Source: an uncultured Candidatus Actinomarina sp. (lineage in GTDB: Bacteria; Actinomycetota; Acidimicrobiia; Actinomarinales; Actinomarinaceae). From it: a DNA stretch of 64,000 nucleotides. The stretch covers positions 64,212-128,211 of the forward strand of contig CABWZY010000001.1 of assembly GCA_902510055.1 (NCBI GenBank). The letters run 5' to 3'. Within the stretch, counting starts at the first letter, position 1. Each line of letters starts with the position of its first letter. Below, one piece after another: positions 43,478-52,968 of this stretch. The notes beneath the pieces were generated by a model that did not search any database, was not told the DNA's origin, and was given only the letters and a program-made list of their open reading frames with translations. A program made the position numbers and the translations under genes.

Positions 43478-45399
43478 TATACGTCCAAAAACCTTACATC
43501 TTTTGCATTTTGTTCAATAAATGTTTTTCTCTTTGATACATCATTACCCATAAGAACTTCAAACATGTTTGCTGCTTTAGCTTCTGCTGCTTTTCCATCA
43601 GCAATGCTCACCTGTATAAGGGTTCTTGTTTCTGGATTCATTGCTGTGTCCCATAGTTCACCGGCATTCATCTCTCCCAGACCTTTGAAACGGCTTATAT
43701 CAAATTTTTTATTTTTGTTTTCTTTCTTGAATTTTTCTAAAGCTTCGTCGTCTTTAAGATAGTTTATTGACCCGGAAGATTTTGCTCTATATAGGGGTGG
43801 TTCTGATATCCAGACTTTTCCTTCTTTTATCAGTCCCGGCATAAATTTAAAAAAGAATGTTAATAAAAGTGTTCTTATGTGGGCACCATCAACATCAGCG
43901 TCTGTAAGAAGAATTACTTTGTCGTATCTTGATTCTTCTCCGTTGTATTCGTTATTAATGCCTGTGCCAATAGCTTTTATTAAAGAACTTATTTCTGTGT
44001 TTTGTAATGCCCTGTTTTCTGTAACTTTTTGTACATTAATAATCTTTCCACGTATTGGTAAAACTGCTTGGGTTCTAGATTCTCGTGCTTGTTTTGCTGG
44101 TCCTGCAGCCGAGTCTCCCTCAACAATTAAAAGCTCGCTTTCACTTGGGTCTGTAGAGGAACAGTCGGCAAGCTTACCAGGAAGGCCCGAAGTTTCTAAA
44201 ATGCTTTTTCTTTTTGTAAGCTCTCTTGCCTTTTTAGCACTCATTCTTGCTTTTGCTGCAACGGCGCATCTTTCTACAATGGCTCTCCCTTCTTTTGTGT
44301 TTTTTGATAGCCATTTTGGTAACTCTTTATTTACTAATACCTGTACTTTTGATTTCATTTCTGTGTTGCCAAGCTTTGTTTTTGTTTGACCTTCAAACTG
44401 TGGTTCTTTTACTCTGACAGAAATTACTCCCGTTATTCCTTCTCTAATGTCATCACCTGTTAATGAAATATCAGAGTGAAGGTTTCTCGATTTCGCAAAA
44501 TCATTAATTGCTTTTGTTATAGCTGTTCTAAGTCCTTCTTCGTGTGTTCCTCCCTCAAGTGTGTGAATGTTGTTTGCAAAGCTTTTAATGTTTACATCGT
44601 CTTCGTTTTTCCACTGAAGGGCAACCTCTATTTCTGAATCTTTACTTTGGTCTGAAAATGATATTGTTTTTTCATGAAGCACTTCGAATCCATCATTTAA
44701 GTAATAGACAAAATCAATTAGCCCTCCTTTATACAAGAACTTGTCTTTGGTTGCTGGTTTCACCCTGTTGTCTACTAGAACAATTTTTAACCCTTTATTT
44801 AAAAATGCTGTTTGTCTTAGTCTTTCTGATACAACATTGTATTCAAAAGTTTGTGTCTCTTCAAAAATTTCTGGATCTGCTAAAAAGTTAATTTTCGTAC
44901 CTGTCTTTTTTGTTGCCTTTCCTTTTTTAATTTTTGACACTGGCTTACCTAAATCAAAATTTTGATTCCAAACAAAACCATCTCTCTGGACTTCAGCTTT
45001 AACATAAACTGAAAGTGCATTAACAACTGAAATTCCGACACCATGAAGTCCTCCACTAACGCTGTATGCTTCTGATTCAAATTTTCCTCCAGCATGTAGT
45101 GTTGTTAAAACTGTTGTAAGTGCGGATTCTTTCGTTTTTGGTCTGGGCTTTACTGGTATACCGCTGCCATTGTCTGTAACAGTAACTGATCCGTTCTTTT
45201 CAAGACGGACCTCAATTGAGTTGCAACGCCCCGCCATTGCTTCATCAACAGAATTGTCTACAACCTCCCAAACTAAATGATGTAAACCATTGGGTCCTGT
45301 TGATCCTATATACATGGCCGGCCTTTTTCGAACGGCCTCAAGTCCTTCCAAGACTTTTATGTCTTTAGAATCATAAGTTTTTGAATCTTTTTTTGGCAC
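43477..45399 (-). CDS. gyrB: DNA gyrase subunit B
   Basis: Has the GHKL ATPase motifs (LEAVRKRPAMYIG, GLHHLVWEVVDNSVDE), a Toprim EGDSAG motif and PL.GK.LNV-type motifs. Its stop overlaps the gyrA ATG (TAATG). Confidence 0.97.
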   Translation of the reverse strand: MPKKDSKTYDSKDIKVLEGLEAVRKRPAMYIGSTGPNGLHHLVWEVVDNSVDEAMAGRCNSIEVRLEKNGSVTVTDNGSGIPVKPRPKTKESALTTVLTTLHAGGKFESEAYSVSGGLHGVGISVVNALSVYVKAEVQRDGFVWNQNFDLGKPVSKIKKGKATKKTGTKINFLADPEIFEETQTFEYNVVSERLRQTAFLNKGLKIVLVDNRVKPATKDKFLYKGGLIDFVYYLNDGFEVLHEKTISFSDQSKDSEIEVALQWKNEDDVNIKSFANNIHTLEGGTHEEGLRTAITKAINDFAKSRNLHSDISLTGDDIREGITGVISVRVKEPQFEGQTKTKLGNTEMKSKVQVLVNKELPKWLSKNTKEGRAIVERCAVAAKARMSAKKARELTKRKSILETSGLPGKLADCSSTDPSESELLIVEGDSAAGPAKQARESRTQAVLPIRGKIINVQKVTENRALQNTEISSLIKAIGTGINNEYNGEESRYDKVILLTDADVDGAHIRTLLLTFFFKFMPGLIKEGKVWISEPPLYRAKSSGSINYLKDDEALEKFKKENKNKKFDISRFKGLGEMNAGELWDTAMNPETRTLIQVSIADGKAAEAKAANMFEVLMGNDVSKRKTFIEQNAKDVRFLDV

Positions 45400-45474
45400 G
45401 GATCTCCTAAGATACGTTTCTTTTTTTATTGTTAACAGCCCTAGCTGAACTCTTATTTTAGCGGAAATCCGTTG

Positions 45475-45762
45475 TTATTGTTGGCTATTTTGGATTTGAA
45501 CGTCCAGTGTATTTAGCTTTATTTTTGTTTTTTTTTCAATATCTATTAATATCTTTTGTTCCTCAAGCTTAATTAAATCCATTGCTCTTTTTGATGTTGT
45601 ATATAGTGTTGCTGTAGTCCCTATTACTGGTCCTGGAGTGGTTTCTTTAGACCATAAAAAGTTGTTTTTATCAAAATAGTTTTTTACTTTTTTAGACTCG
45701 GAAAAGCTTATCCCTAGAAGGTTCTTTTCGACATTAATTTTTTCAGGTTCTTTTTTTTTCAC
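45475..45762 (-). CDS. Small hypothetical protein in the position of the actinobacterial DUF721/DciA-like gene
   Basis: 95 aa with a GTG start overlapping the dnaN stop (GTGA). Sequence similarity to DUF721 is weak by eye; the call is mostly positional. Confidence 0.35.
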   Translation of the reverse strand: MKKKEPEKINVEKNLLGISFSESKKVKNYFDKNNFLWSKETTPGPVIGTTATLYTTSKRAMDLIKLEEQKILIDIEKKTKIKLNTLDVQIQNSQQ

Positions 45763-46874
45763 TGGTTTGTTCTTACGGGCATTAGTAAATATTTATAGTT
45801 TTCTACCTCTCCTTGAATAACAACGGGTTTTTCGTTTCCTGAAAACCTGATATAAACTGTGTCGCCGTCTAAAACCTCTATTCCCTGCATAAAATAGTTT
45901 GGGTTAAAAGACATTTTAAAACCAGAAACGTCTTCAACGTTAACTCCTAGGGTTTTTATAGAAACCTCTTCGTTCCCTCCGCCAATATCTTTGTTAACTG
46001 TTGTTATTTTGAGTGTGTCTTTGTTTTCCAAAATAATTTGGACTGGAATGAAGCCTTCCGCAACAACGGTTGCCCTGTCTAGCGACTGCAATAGTTCTGT
46101 TTTTTTGACCTCTATTGAAAATAGGTTTTCTTTTGGAAACAGGTTGTCATATTCTGGAAACGTTCCTTCTAGTTTTCTTAAGGATGCGGAAAATTTATCA
46201 TTATAAAAATGAAGTTCTCTTTCGTTAGAATTAATTTTTATAGGTTCGTCTGTGTTTTCAAAAACCCTTGCTGCTTCGTTTAGTGCTCTATATGAAATAA
46301 TTCCTATATCTTTTATTGGGATTTCTGACAAGCTGTGTGTTGCCAGTCTATAGCTGTCTGTTGCCACTAGTTCTGTTTTGTTGTTTTTGTTGTTAAAGTA
46401 AACACCTGTTAAGACGGGTCTTCCTCCTTCTGGTGAGCTTGCTATTCCTACTTTTTTTATTGACTCAAATAGTTCTGTTGTCTCAACTTCTTCTGTGTTG
46501 TCGTTGTCGTTTTCTTCAAGCAGCGCTTCTGGGTATGTTTTTTCGTCTAGTTTTCTTAGTTCAAAGTCCATCTTCTTAATCTCTACTTTTAGTTCAGACC
46601 CTATGTCTGAAAACGTGGCTTCTCCTGTGGGTAGTTTTCTAACGATCTCTGATAAAACCCTTGCGTTTACTAAGGTTTCTCCCTCCACTTCTGTTTTAAC
46701 CTCTGTTCTTGCTTTTAAAATAACATCTAAATCTGAACCAATAACTTCAAGGAGGTTTTCTTTTGTTCTAAGATATAGACCCTGTAGAGAGGGTGTTGTC
46801 GGCCGCGGATCCACAACCTTTGATACTGTTGAAATAACTTCTTTTAGGTCCATTGTTTTTATTTTGAATTTCAA
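45759..46874 (-). CDS. dnaN: DNA polymerase III beta sliding clamp
   Basis: 371 aa, three-domain clamp pattern, a C-terminal LMPVR motif, and a position after dnaA. Confidence 0.95.
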   Translation of the reverse strand: MKFKIKTMDLKEVISTVSKVVDPRPTTPSLQGLYLRTKENLLEVIGSDLDVILKARTEVKTEVEGETLVNARVLSEIVRKLPTGEATFSDIGSELKVEIKKMDFELRKLDEKTYPEALLEENDNDNTEEVETTELFESIKKVGIASSPEGGRPVLTGVYFNNKNNKTELVATDSYRLATHSLSEIPIKDIGIISYRALNEAARVFENTDEPIKINSNERELHFYNDKFSASLRKLEGTFPEYDNLFPKENLFSIEVKKTELLQSLDRATVVAEGFIPVQIILENKDTLKITTVNKDIGGGNEEVSIKTLGVNVEDVSGFKMSFNPNYFMQGIEVLDGDTVYIRFSGNEKPVVIQGEVENYKYLLMPVRTNQ

Positions 46875-46990
46875 TTTAATTCCTTATATATTTAATAATA
46901 ATAAAGATGTTGAAAATGTTTAAAACGAAGAAATATAAAGGTTTTAAAAAGAAAGGGGTGTTCAAAACTTTAAACATAAAAAACCTGCAA

Positions 46991-48304
46991 TTAAGAAACA
47001 CCCACAAAGTTTATTTTATTGTCGAAAATGTTTACTTCTTTTAACAACAAAGTAGAGTCCTTGGACCGTCTTAAACAAGACAAGATTGTTGAGTGAGATC
47101 GCCCACCCAGAAAAAGACCAACCTGAGAAAGAGAAAGATCGGTGTGTTTTCTAATTAAAGCAACACAAAGGTTTCGAGCGTCGGCCACGTTAGAGCTTCT
47201 GTTTTTCGAAACTATTAATTTTCTATCTATTTGGTATACATCAGAAACATAGTCCAAAATAAAATCAGGAGTCAAGTAAGGAACAACATTCTTTTTTGAC
47301 TCACCAACCAGGCTCTTAATGTAGTCAGAATTACCAACACCTGTTTGTTTGTTTATAACTAGATTATTAACTATTCCATTTATGTCTCTAAAGCTATTAA
47401 TTTCTAAATTAACAAGCTCGGTAACTTCTTTTTTTGTTAACAAAGTATCTTCGAAACTATCGTTTTTTAGTCTTAAAACCTCCTCAAACATTTTTTTATC
47501 TGGTTTACTAATGTCTGTAACCAAACCGTTTAATATTCTTGAGATAAGCCTCTCCGGAAAACCCAAAAGGTTTTGAGGTTTTTGATCAGAAACCAAAACA
47601 ACAGCTTTTTCGTTGTTTAAAAAATAATTTATTGTATGAAAAAGTTCTTCCGAGACACCTTTTTTACCAATAAAAAACTGGATGTCATCAATTAATAAAA
47701 CGTCGACAGACCTGATTTTATTTTTAAACAAATCAATATCTTGGTTCTTTATACCGCTTACGTAAGACTCTAGAAAAGATTCAGAATCTATGTAATAAGA
47801 CGAAACACAAGACTGTTCCATTGTTTTTAAAAGGTGGGTCTTACCAACGCCGGGTTCACCATGAACAAAAAGCGGATTAAACCTTTGACCCGGATCTAAG
47901 ACAACATTTTTAGCGGCTGTTACGGCTAAGTTGTTAGAAACACCAACCAAAAGACTATCAAAAACAGAAAGATCAGCCAAAATCTTTTCTTCAACAGGTT
48001 CTTCTTCAATTGTTTTTTCTTCAAAAAGAGGAACCTGTGGCACCTTTAAATTAATTTCTTTCTTAAGCTTCTTATCTAACACAAAAACACAATCATCGGA
48101 ACCAGAAACGTCTTTGTAAACACTTTTAATTTTTTTATAGAGTTTTTTTTCAATGGAGCTTTTTACAAATTCAGAATTCACGAATAAATTAAGCTCATTT
48201 TCTTGGTTTGTACGAAAATCAACCTGTTCCAACCAATATTTATCTGTTTTTGAAAGGGGCTCTTCGAGTATCTTTTGTTTAAAATCTATAAGTTTTTGAT
48301 TCAT
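46991..48304 (-). CDS. dnaA: Chromosomal replication initiator DnaA
   Basis: Has Walker A GEPGVGKTHL, Walker B LLIDDIQF and a C-terminal domain IV HTH (GGRSHSTILS). Confidence 0.95.
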   Translation of the reverse strand: MNQKLIDFKQKILEEPLSKTDKYWLEQVDFRTNQENELNLFVNSEFVKSSIEKKLYKKIKSVYKDVSGSDDCVFVLDKKLKKEINLKVPQVPLFEEKTIEEEPVEEKILADLSVFDSLLVGVSNNLAVTAAKNVVLDPGQRFNPLFVHGEPGVGKTHLLKTMEQSCVSSYYIDSESFLESYVSGIKNQDIDLFKNKIRSVDVLLIDDIQFFIGKKGVSEELFHTINYFLNNEKAVVLVSDQKPQNLLGFPERLISRILNGLVTDISKPDKKMFEEVLRLKNDSFEDTLLTKKEVTELVNLEINSFRDINGIVNNLVINKQTGVGNSDYIKSLVGESKKNVVPYLTPDFILDYVSDVYQIDRKLIVSKNRSSNVADARNLCVALIRKHTDLSLSQVGLFLGGRSHSTILSCLRRSKDSTLLLKEVNIFDNKINFVGVS

Positions 48305-48576
48305 GTCTATAGTAATTTAATTTATTAGTTAAAAAAAACATAGAGTGTTAAAAACAAACTAAACAAAAGGAAAAAAGAAGCTGACTATAAAAAAGCCTAA
48401 GTTGTTTAACTTTTTTCATAAATAGTCAATAAAAACAAGTACAAAAACAATAGATTACAAAAGCTAGTTAATATAATTTTCGCGAAGCTTGTTTGTTTTT
48501 CGCGAACACCTAAATAAAAAATTTAATTACTTTGTTTAATTAATTATTTCATTTATTGTGATTAGACAGGTAAAAA
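48305..48576. other. Divergent dnaA/rpmH control region; candidate oriC segment
   Basis: This 272-bp tract is very AT-rich, with A-tracts, a recurring AAAAACAA motif and two TTCGCGAA palindromes. I found no perfect TTATCCACA DnaA box by eye. Confidence 0.35.
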
Positions 48577-48711
48577 ATGAAAAGAACTTATCAACCTAGT
48601 AATAGAAAAAGAAGCAGAAAACACGGTTTTAGAAAAAGAATGCGTACCAGAGCAGGACGTGAAATCCTAAAAAGACGAAGAAGCAAAGGTCGCAAGGTTA
48701 TTTCTGCATAA
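48577..48711 (+). CDS. rpmH: 50S ribosomal protein L34
   Basis: Hand translation gives [44 protein letters not shown]. It is below the ORF-track cutoff. Confidence 0.92.
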   Translation: MKRTYQPSNRKRSRKHGFRKRMRTRAGREILKRRRSKGRKVISA

Positions 48712-48715
48712 TTAG

Positions 48716-49033
48716 TTGGTAAATTTTACTACTTTAAAAAATAGCAATCATTTTTTGAGCCTGAAAAAAGAAGAAAATTGTTTAACTGAGCAAGGTTTAA
48801 GAGTATACATAGAAGACAGTGATGAAAAGGTGTCGAGACTAGGAATAAGCATTCCTAAATCTGAAGCAAACGCAGTTAAGCGAAATAAGTTTAGAAGAAA
48901 GATTAAAGAGGTAGTTAGAGGTTTAGAAGCAAAAAATAATTTTGATATTTATATTATTGGAACAAAAAAAGGAACCAAGCTTAAATATAAAGAATTAAGC
49001 AGAATTATTGCATCTCATCCAAAATTAAAATAG
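48716..49033 (+). CDS. rnpA: Ribonuclease P protein component
   Basis: A basic 105 aa protein with an RLGISIPKSEANAVKRNKFRRKIKE motif, directly after rpmH. Confidence 0.8.
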   Translation: MVNFTTLKNSNHFLSLKKEENCLTEQGLRVYIEDSDEKVSRLGISIPKSEANAVKRNKFRRKIKEVVRGLEAKNNFDIYIIGTKKGTKLKYKELSRIIASHPKLK

Positions 49034-49035
49034 AA

Positions 49036-49248
49036 GTGAAGATTACGAGTTTAATATTTTTAATATTTAGATCCTTGTTGGGTTTTTTTGGGCTAGGACA
49101 AGGAAACTGTATGTATTACCCAACTTGCTCTTCTGTTATAACAGAAGAAGTAAACGAAAAAGGCCTTATTAAAGCTATTCCACGGGTTTTATATAGAATT
49201 TATATCTGTAATCCAATATATAGAAAAATTGGTAAAAATTGGCAATAA
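49036..49248 (+). CDS. yidD: Membrane protein insertion efficiency factor YidD
   Basis: 70 aa with a C.YYPTCS motif, located between rnpA and yidC. Confidence 0.75.
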   Translation: MKITSLIFLIFRSLLGFFGLGQGNCMYYPTCSSVITEEVNEKGLIKAIPRVLYRIYICNPIYRKIGKNWQ

Positions 49249-50063
49249 TAGAACCATTCGCTTTAGCTATAGGTTTTTTACTTTCCTATATTTACGACTT
49301 TGTAGTTTCTTACGGCTTATCAATAGTTATATTGACAATAATAATTAATATTATAATTTTTCCGCTAACCCTAAGACAAACAAGGTCTACAAAGAGAATG
49401 CAAGATGCACAAGCCGATATAAAAAAAGTACAAAAACAATACAAAGACGATAAAGAAGAGTTAAATAAAAAAATAGCAGAGCTTTATAAAGAAAAAGGAA
49501 TAAACCCGCTTGGTTGTGTTGTTCCACTATTAGTTCAAATGCCTATTTGGTTTGCTCTTTTTAGAGTTCTAAGAGAACCACTTTTATTCATACCAAAAGA
49601 AGCAAATCTTTACTCACAACTTGGAGATCACTCAAGTGTTTTATTCTTTAATATGGACTTACAGATTCCAGCATCTGCAATAACAGCTTGGATTGATAGA
49701 GCTCCATACATTGTTTTAATACTTTTAGTGGTGGGTACGGCTTTAATCCAACAAAATCAACTAACCAAGAAACAGGGAAAGTCCAACAACCAACAACAAC
49801 AGCAAATGCAGATGATAGGAAAGGTTATGCCAATATTTTTTGGTTTTATTTCATGGACCCTTCCAGCTGGTTTGGTTGTTTACTTTTTAACAGGAAATAT
49901 TTTCAGAATTGGACAACAAGCACTAATTGTTAAGCTTGAAGAAAACCAACCTGACAAAAACACTAAAGAAGTTGAGAAAAACAAAGAAAAAGATAATGAA
50001 AACGGAGAGGGACCGGTTAATGATGACTCTCGTAAAAAAAGAAAAAAAAGAAGGAGAAAATAA
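49239..50063 (+). CDS. yidC: Membrane protein insertase YidC (short Gram-positive type)
   Basis: Has the conserved R in TM1 (PLTLRQTRS), the GINPLGCV.P.L.QMPI motif and a basic C-terminal tail. Confidence 0.85.
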   Translation: MAIIEPFALAIGFLLSYIYDFVVSYGLSIVILTIIINIIIFPLTLRQTRSTKRMQDAQADIKKVQKQYKDDKEELNKKIAELYKEKGINPLGCVVPLLVQMPIWFALFRVLREPLLFIPKEANLYSQLGDHSSVLFFNMDLQIPASAITAWIDRAPYIVLILLVVGTALIQQNQLTKKQGKSNNQQQQQMQMIGKVMPIFFGFISWTLPAGLVVYFLTGNIFRIGQQALIVKLEENQPDKNTKEVEKNKEKDNENGEGPVNDDSRKKRKKRRRK

Positions 50064-50815
50064 TGTCTAATAAATGGGTAGAAGTTGAAGCAAAGACCAT
50101 TGATGACGCAATAAAAGCTGGCTTAAAAGAATTAGAACTAGATGATGCGACCGAAGCAGACATAAGTATATTAAGAGAACCAGAAGGAGGAGTTTTTGGT
50201 GTTGGAGGAACAAAAGCTTTAGTTAGAATTTCAGTAAGAAACGGCTTTAAAAATCAAAACGGAAGAAATTATAAACAGAGAAATAGAAATGACAGACCAA
50301 GAAACCGAAGAGAAAAATTTGAACCAAAAAAACCAAGAGTTGAAGCAGACCCAAAAAAACAACTAGAGGTTTCAATCTCCTTTTTAGAGGGACTTATTAA
50401 ATCTTTTGGTTTAGAAGGCGCAGTTGAAGGAGAAACAGAAGATAGAAACCTTCTTGTTAAGGTTACCGGGGAACAAACAGAGGCTCTTGTTGGTGAAAAA
50501 GGAAACATCATTCGTTCACTGCACGAGCTTACAAGAACTGTTATTCAAAGAAAAACAGGTGCAGGAACAAGGCTTAGATTAGATGTTGCAGACTATGCTC
50601 TTAAAAGAAAAGAAGCTTTAACAATTTATGCAGAAAGACTAACAAAACAAATTCTTGAGGACAAACAAGAGGTTATGTTAGAACCAATGAATTCAGTTGA
50701 TAGAAAAACACTGCACGATGCTGTTTCTGAAATAGATACAATAAAATCATACTCAGAAGGAAGAGAGCCTTACAGGTCTGTGGTTTTTGCACCAAGCGAA
50801 CAAGAAGAAGAATGA
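50063..50815 (+). CDS. Jag/KhpB-like RNA-binding protein (Jag_N, KH, R3H)
   Basis: Its position after yidC fits the family. It has a C-terminal R3H-like MNSVDRKTLHDAV motif and a basic linker. Confidence 0.8.
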   Translation: MSNKWVEVEAKTIDDAIKAGLKELELDDATEADISILREPEGGVFGVGGTKALVRISVRNGFKNQNGRNYKQRNRNDRPRNRREKFEPKKPRVEADPKKQLEVSISFLEGLIKSFGLEGAVEGETEDRNLLVKVTGEQTEALVGEKGNIIRSLHELTRTVIQRKTGAGTRLRLDVADYALKRKEALTIYAERLTKQILEDKQEVMLEPMNSVDRKTLHDAVSEIDTIKSYSEGREPYRSVVFAPSEQEEE

Positions 50816-51417
50816 CCTATAATCCCCAAATTCCAGCGTGGGGAGAACAATACCTAGAAGAAAACAAGGAAAAACTTGTAAAATATCACGAATGGCTTTC
50901 TATTACGGGCATTAAAACTGGTTTAATTAGTCCAAAAAAAGATCAATATATTTGGGACGAGTTCGTTGTTCACTCATTATATTTTTATAAAATAATTGAA
51001 GATCTAGGTCTAAAAAAGTCCAGTGTTTTTGATATAGGAACGGGTGGAGGAATTCCAGGAGTACCTATAGCTATTGCAAGCAAAAGAAAATTAACCTTAA
51101 TAGATAATAAAAAAAGCAGAATATTTGAACTAGAGAGGTTAATAAAACTACTAGAAATGGAAGAACTTTTGGCAGAAGAAAGAGATGCCATAGAACTATT
51201 AAATAAGGAAGAAAACGCTATTTTTACACTTAGGTGTTATTTATCAACCCCTAGTTTGATTAAAGAAGCCACAAAAACACTAAAGAAAAATACATACCTT
51301 ATATCTTCTAATGAAAAAAATAGACTAAAAACAAATGAAAAGTTTCACGTGAAACAAGAAAAATTTTTTATTAATAAAAACGATTATCGATTTATTGATG
51401 TTATAACAAGTATGTGA
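50812..51417 (+). CDS. rsmG: 16S rRNA (guanine527-N7)-methyltransferase RsmG
   Basis: Has the SAM motif DIGTGGGIPG(V)P, is 201 aa and lies upstream of parAB. Confidence 0.8.
   Translation: MTYNPQIPAWGEQYLEENKEKLVKYHEWLSITGIKTGLISPKKDQYIWDEFVVHSLYFYKIIEDLGLKKSSVFDIGTGGGIPGVPIAIASKRKLTLIDNKKSRIFELERLIKLLEMEELLAEERDAIELLNKEENAIFTLRCYLSTPSLIKEATKTLKKNTYLISSNEKNRLKTNEKFHVKQEKFFINKNDYRFIDVITSM
51341..51356. promoter_or_regulatory. parS centromere-like site
   Basis: AGTTTCACGTGAAACA matches 15 of 16 positions of the TGTTTCACGTGAAACA consensus, with a perfect 14-bp palindrome core. It lies in the 3' end of rsmG just upstream of parA. Confidence 0.8.
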
Positions 51418-52184
51418 AAATAATATCAATAATTTGTCAAAAAGGCGGAGTAGGAAAAACAACTACAGTTGTTAATTTATCTAGCATTTTTTCAAAGAAT
51501 GGTTACAAAACACTAATTATTGATCTAGACCCACAAGGCAATGTTTCCACATATTTGAATTTTGATAAAAACACAAACGAAGTTACAAATAGTATCGAGC
51601 TATTAGAGGGGGTAAAAGAGCTATACCCAGGAGAATTGAATGAAAATCTTTCAATTATTCCTTCAAATAAAAAAATAGTGAGATACAACGAAGAAAAGAT
51701 TATTGGAGGATCAAGAATTAGGAAATTGAAACAAGCTGGAATTTTTAATAATTTTGACTTTGTTTTTATAGACACACCACCAACCATGAGCTCTTTAGTA
51801 CAGGAAGGAATTGCCGCATCAGATTATTACTTGATACCAACAAAGCCAGAATTTTTAGCCATTGAAGGAGTAGCACAAGCTATGAATTTTGCTAAAACGA
51901 CATTGAAAAATATACCTAATATTAATCCTATATTTTTAGGAGTTTTATTAAACCAGGTTGAAATAAAAAGGTCTAGCTTCAACGAATTTTTAACTGAATT
52001 AGAATACTTACTTGGAGATAGATTATTAAAAACAAAAATTTCTCACTTAACAGAGATTGCAGACAGCCCTTTTTATGGAAAAACTGTGATAGATTTTAGT
52101 GAGGAGAGTAAAGCAAAAATAGAATTTAATAAATTAGCAGAAGAAATAATAGAAAGAGTTGGAATAAATGAAAAGATCTCTTAG
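51414..52184 (+). CDS. parA: Chromosome partitioning ATPase ParA/Soj
   Basis: Has the deviant Walker A QKGGVGKTT, plus DLDPQGN and IDTPP motifs. Confidence 0.9.
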   Translation: MKIISIICQKGGVGKTTTVVNLSSIFSKNGYKTLIIDLDPQGNVSTYLNFDKNTNEVTNSIELLEGVKELYPGELNENLSIIPSNKKIVRYNEEKIIGGSRIRKLKQAGIFNNFDFVFIDTPPTMSSLVQEGIAASDYYLIPTKPEFLAIEGVAQAMNFAKTTLKNIPNINPIFLGVLLNQVEIKRSSFNEFLTELEYLLGDRLLKTKISHLTEIADSPFYGKTVIDFSEESKAKIEFNKLAEEIIERVGINEKIS

Positions 52185-52968
52185 TTCATTAATAACAGAT
52201 ACAAACGTTAGAGAGTTTAAGGCTGTAGAAATAGACATATCGTCAATAAAGAAAAGCGAGACACAAGCGCGTACGAATTTTGATAAAGAAAAGCTATCAG
52301 AATTGAGTCAGTCAATAGTAAAGAACGGAATTTTACAACCATTAATAGTTCAAGAAGTAGGATCTGGTGAATACAGACTCATTGCGGGGGAAAGAAGACT
52401 AAGAGCCTCAAGAGAAGCAGGATTAAAATCAGTCCCTTGTTTAATTAAAGATGTAAGCTCTAGAGATGCTGCAGTAATTGGTTTAGTTGAGAACGTACAA
52501 AGAAAACAACTTAACACAACAGAAGAAGCAGCCGGATATAAAAAGCTTATTGAAGAATATAATTTAGAAACTAAAGACATAGCAATTTTAGTTGGGAAAA
52601 GTAGATCATACGTATCAAACCTACTTAGATTATCAAAACTAAGTAGCAGGGTTTACAAAGCCCTTCAAGAAGAAGTAGTAACAATGGGGCAAGTTAAGCC
52701 AATAATTAATTTAGAAGAACAAAAACAAGACGAGCTCCTTGCTGAAATCTTAAATTTAAAACTATCTAGTAGGCAAGTAGAAGAAAGAGTAAGAAGCATC
52801 ACAACCTTTAATAAAGAAACCTCTGAAGAACTACTACACTACAAAAATTTTTTTGAAGACAAAACAGGATCAAAAGCAGATATTAAAAAGAACAATAAAA
52901 AATTTAAGGTAACGCTAAATTTTCCAACCGAAGATGCATTAAGGTCTTTTATAAATAGATTTAAGTAG
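52168..52968 (+). CDS. parB: Chromosome partitioning protein ParB/Spo0J
   Basis: Has the GERRLRA arginine patch, an LQPL(I)V motif and an HTH region. Confidence 0.9.
   Translation: MKRSLSSLITDTNVREFKAVEIDISSIKKSETQARTNFDKEKLSELSQSIVKNGILQPLIVQEVGSGEYRLIAGERRLRASREAGLKSVPCLIKDVSSRDAAVIGLVENVQRKQLNTTEEAAGYKKLIEEYNLETKDIAILVGKSRSYVSNLLRLSKLSSRVYKALQEEVVTMGQVKPIINLEEQKQDELLAEILNLKLSSRQVEERVRSITTFNKETSEELLHYKNFFEDKTGSKADIKKNNKKFKVTLNFPTEDALRSFINRFK

Noticed and set aside
43406-43762. A + strand ORF with a striking CWFLC repeat (MNCWFLCCWFLCCWFLCCWFLC...).
   Set aside because: It is the antisense translation of the gyrA (PAAKK)4 repeat and of the gyrB 3' end. Both sense genes are certain.
46875-46990. 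DnaA boxes in the dnaA-dnaN spacer, the usual actinobacterial oriC location.
   Set aside because: The spacer is only 116 bp. The best match I could find by eye is TTTTCAACA (7 of 9 to TTATCCACA) on the minus strand near 46909, which is not distinguishable from chance in AT-rich DNA. The origin location is left open.
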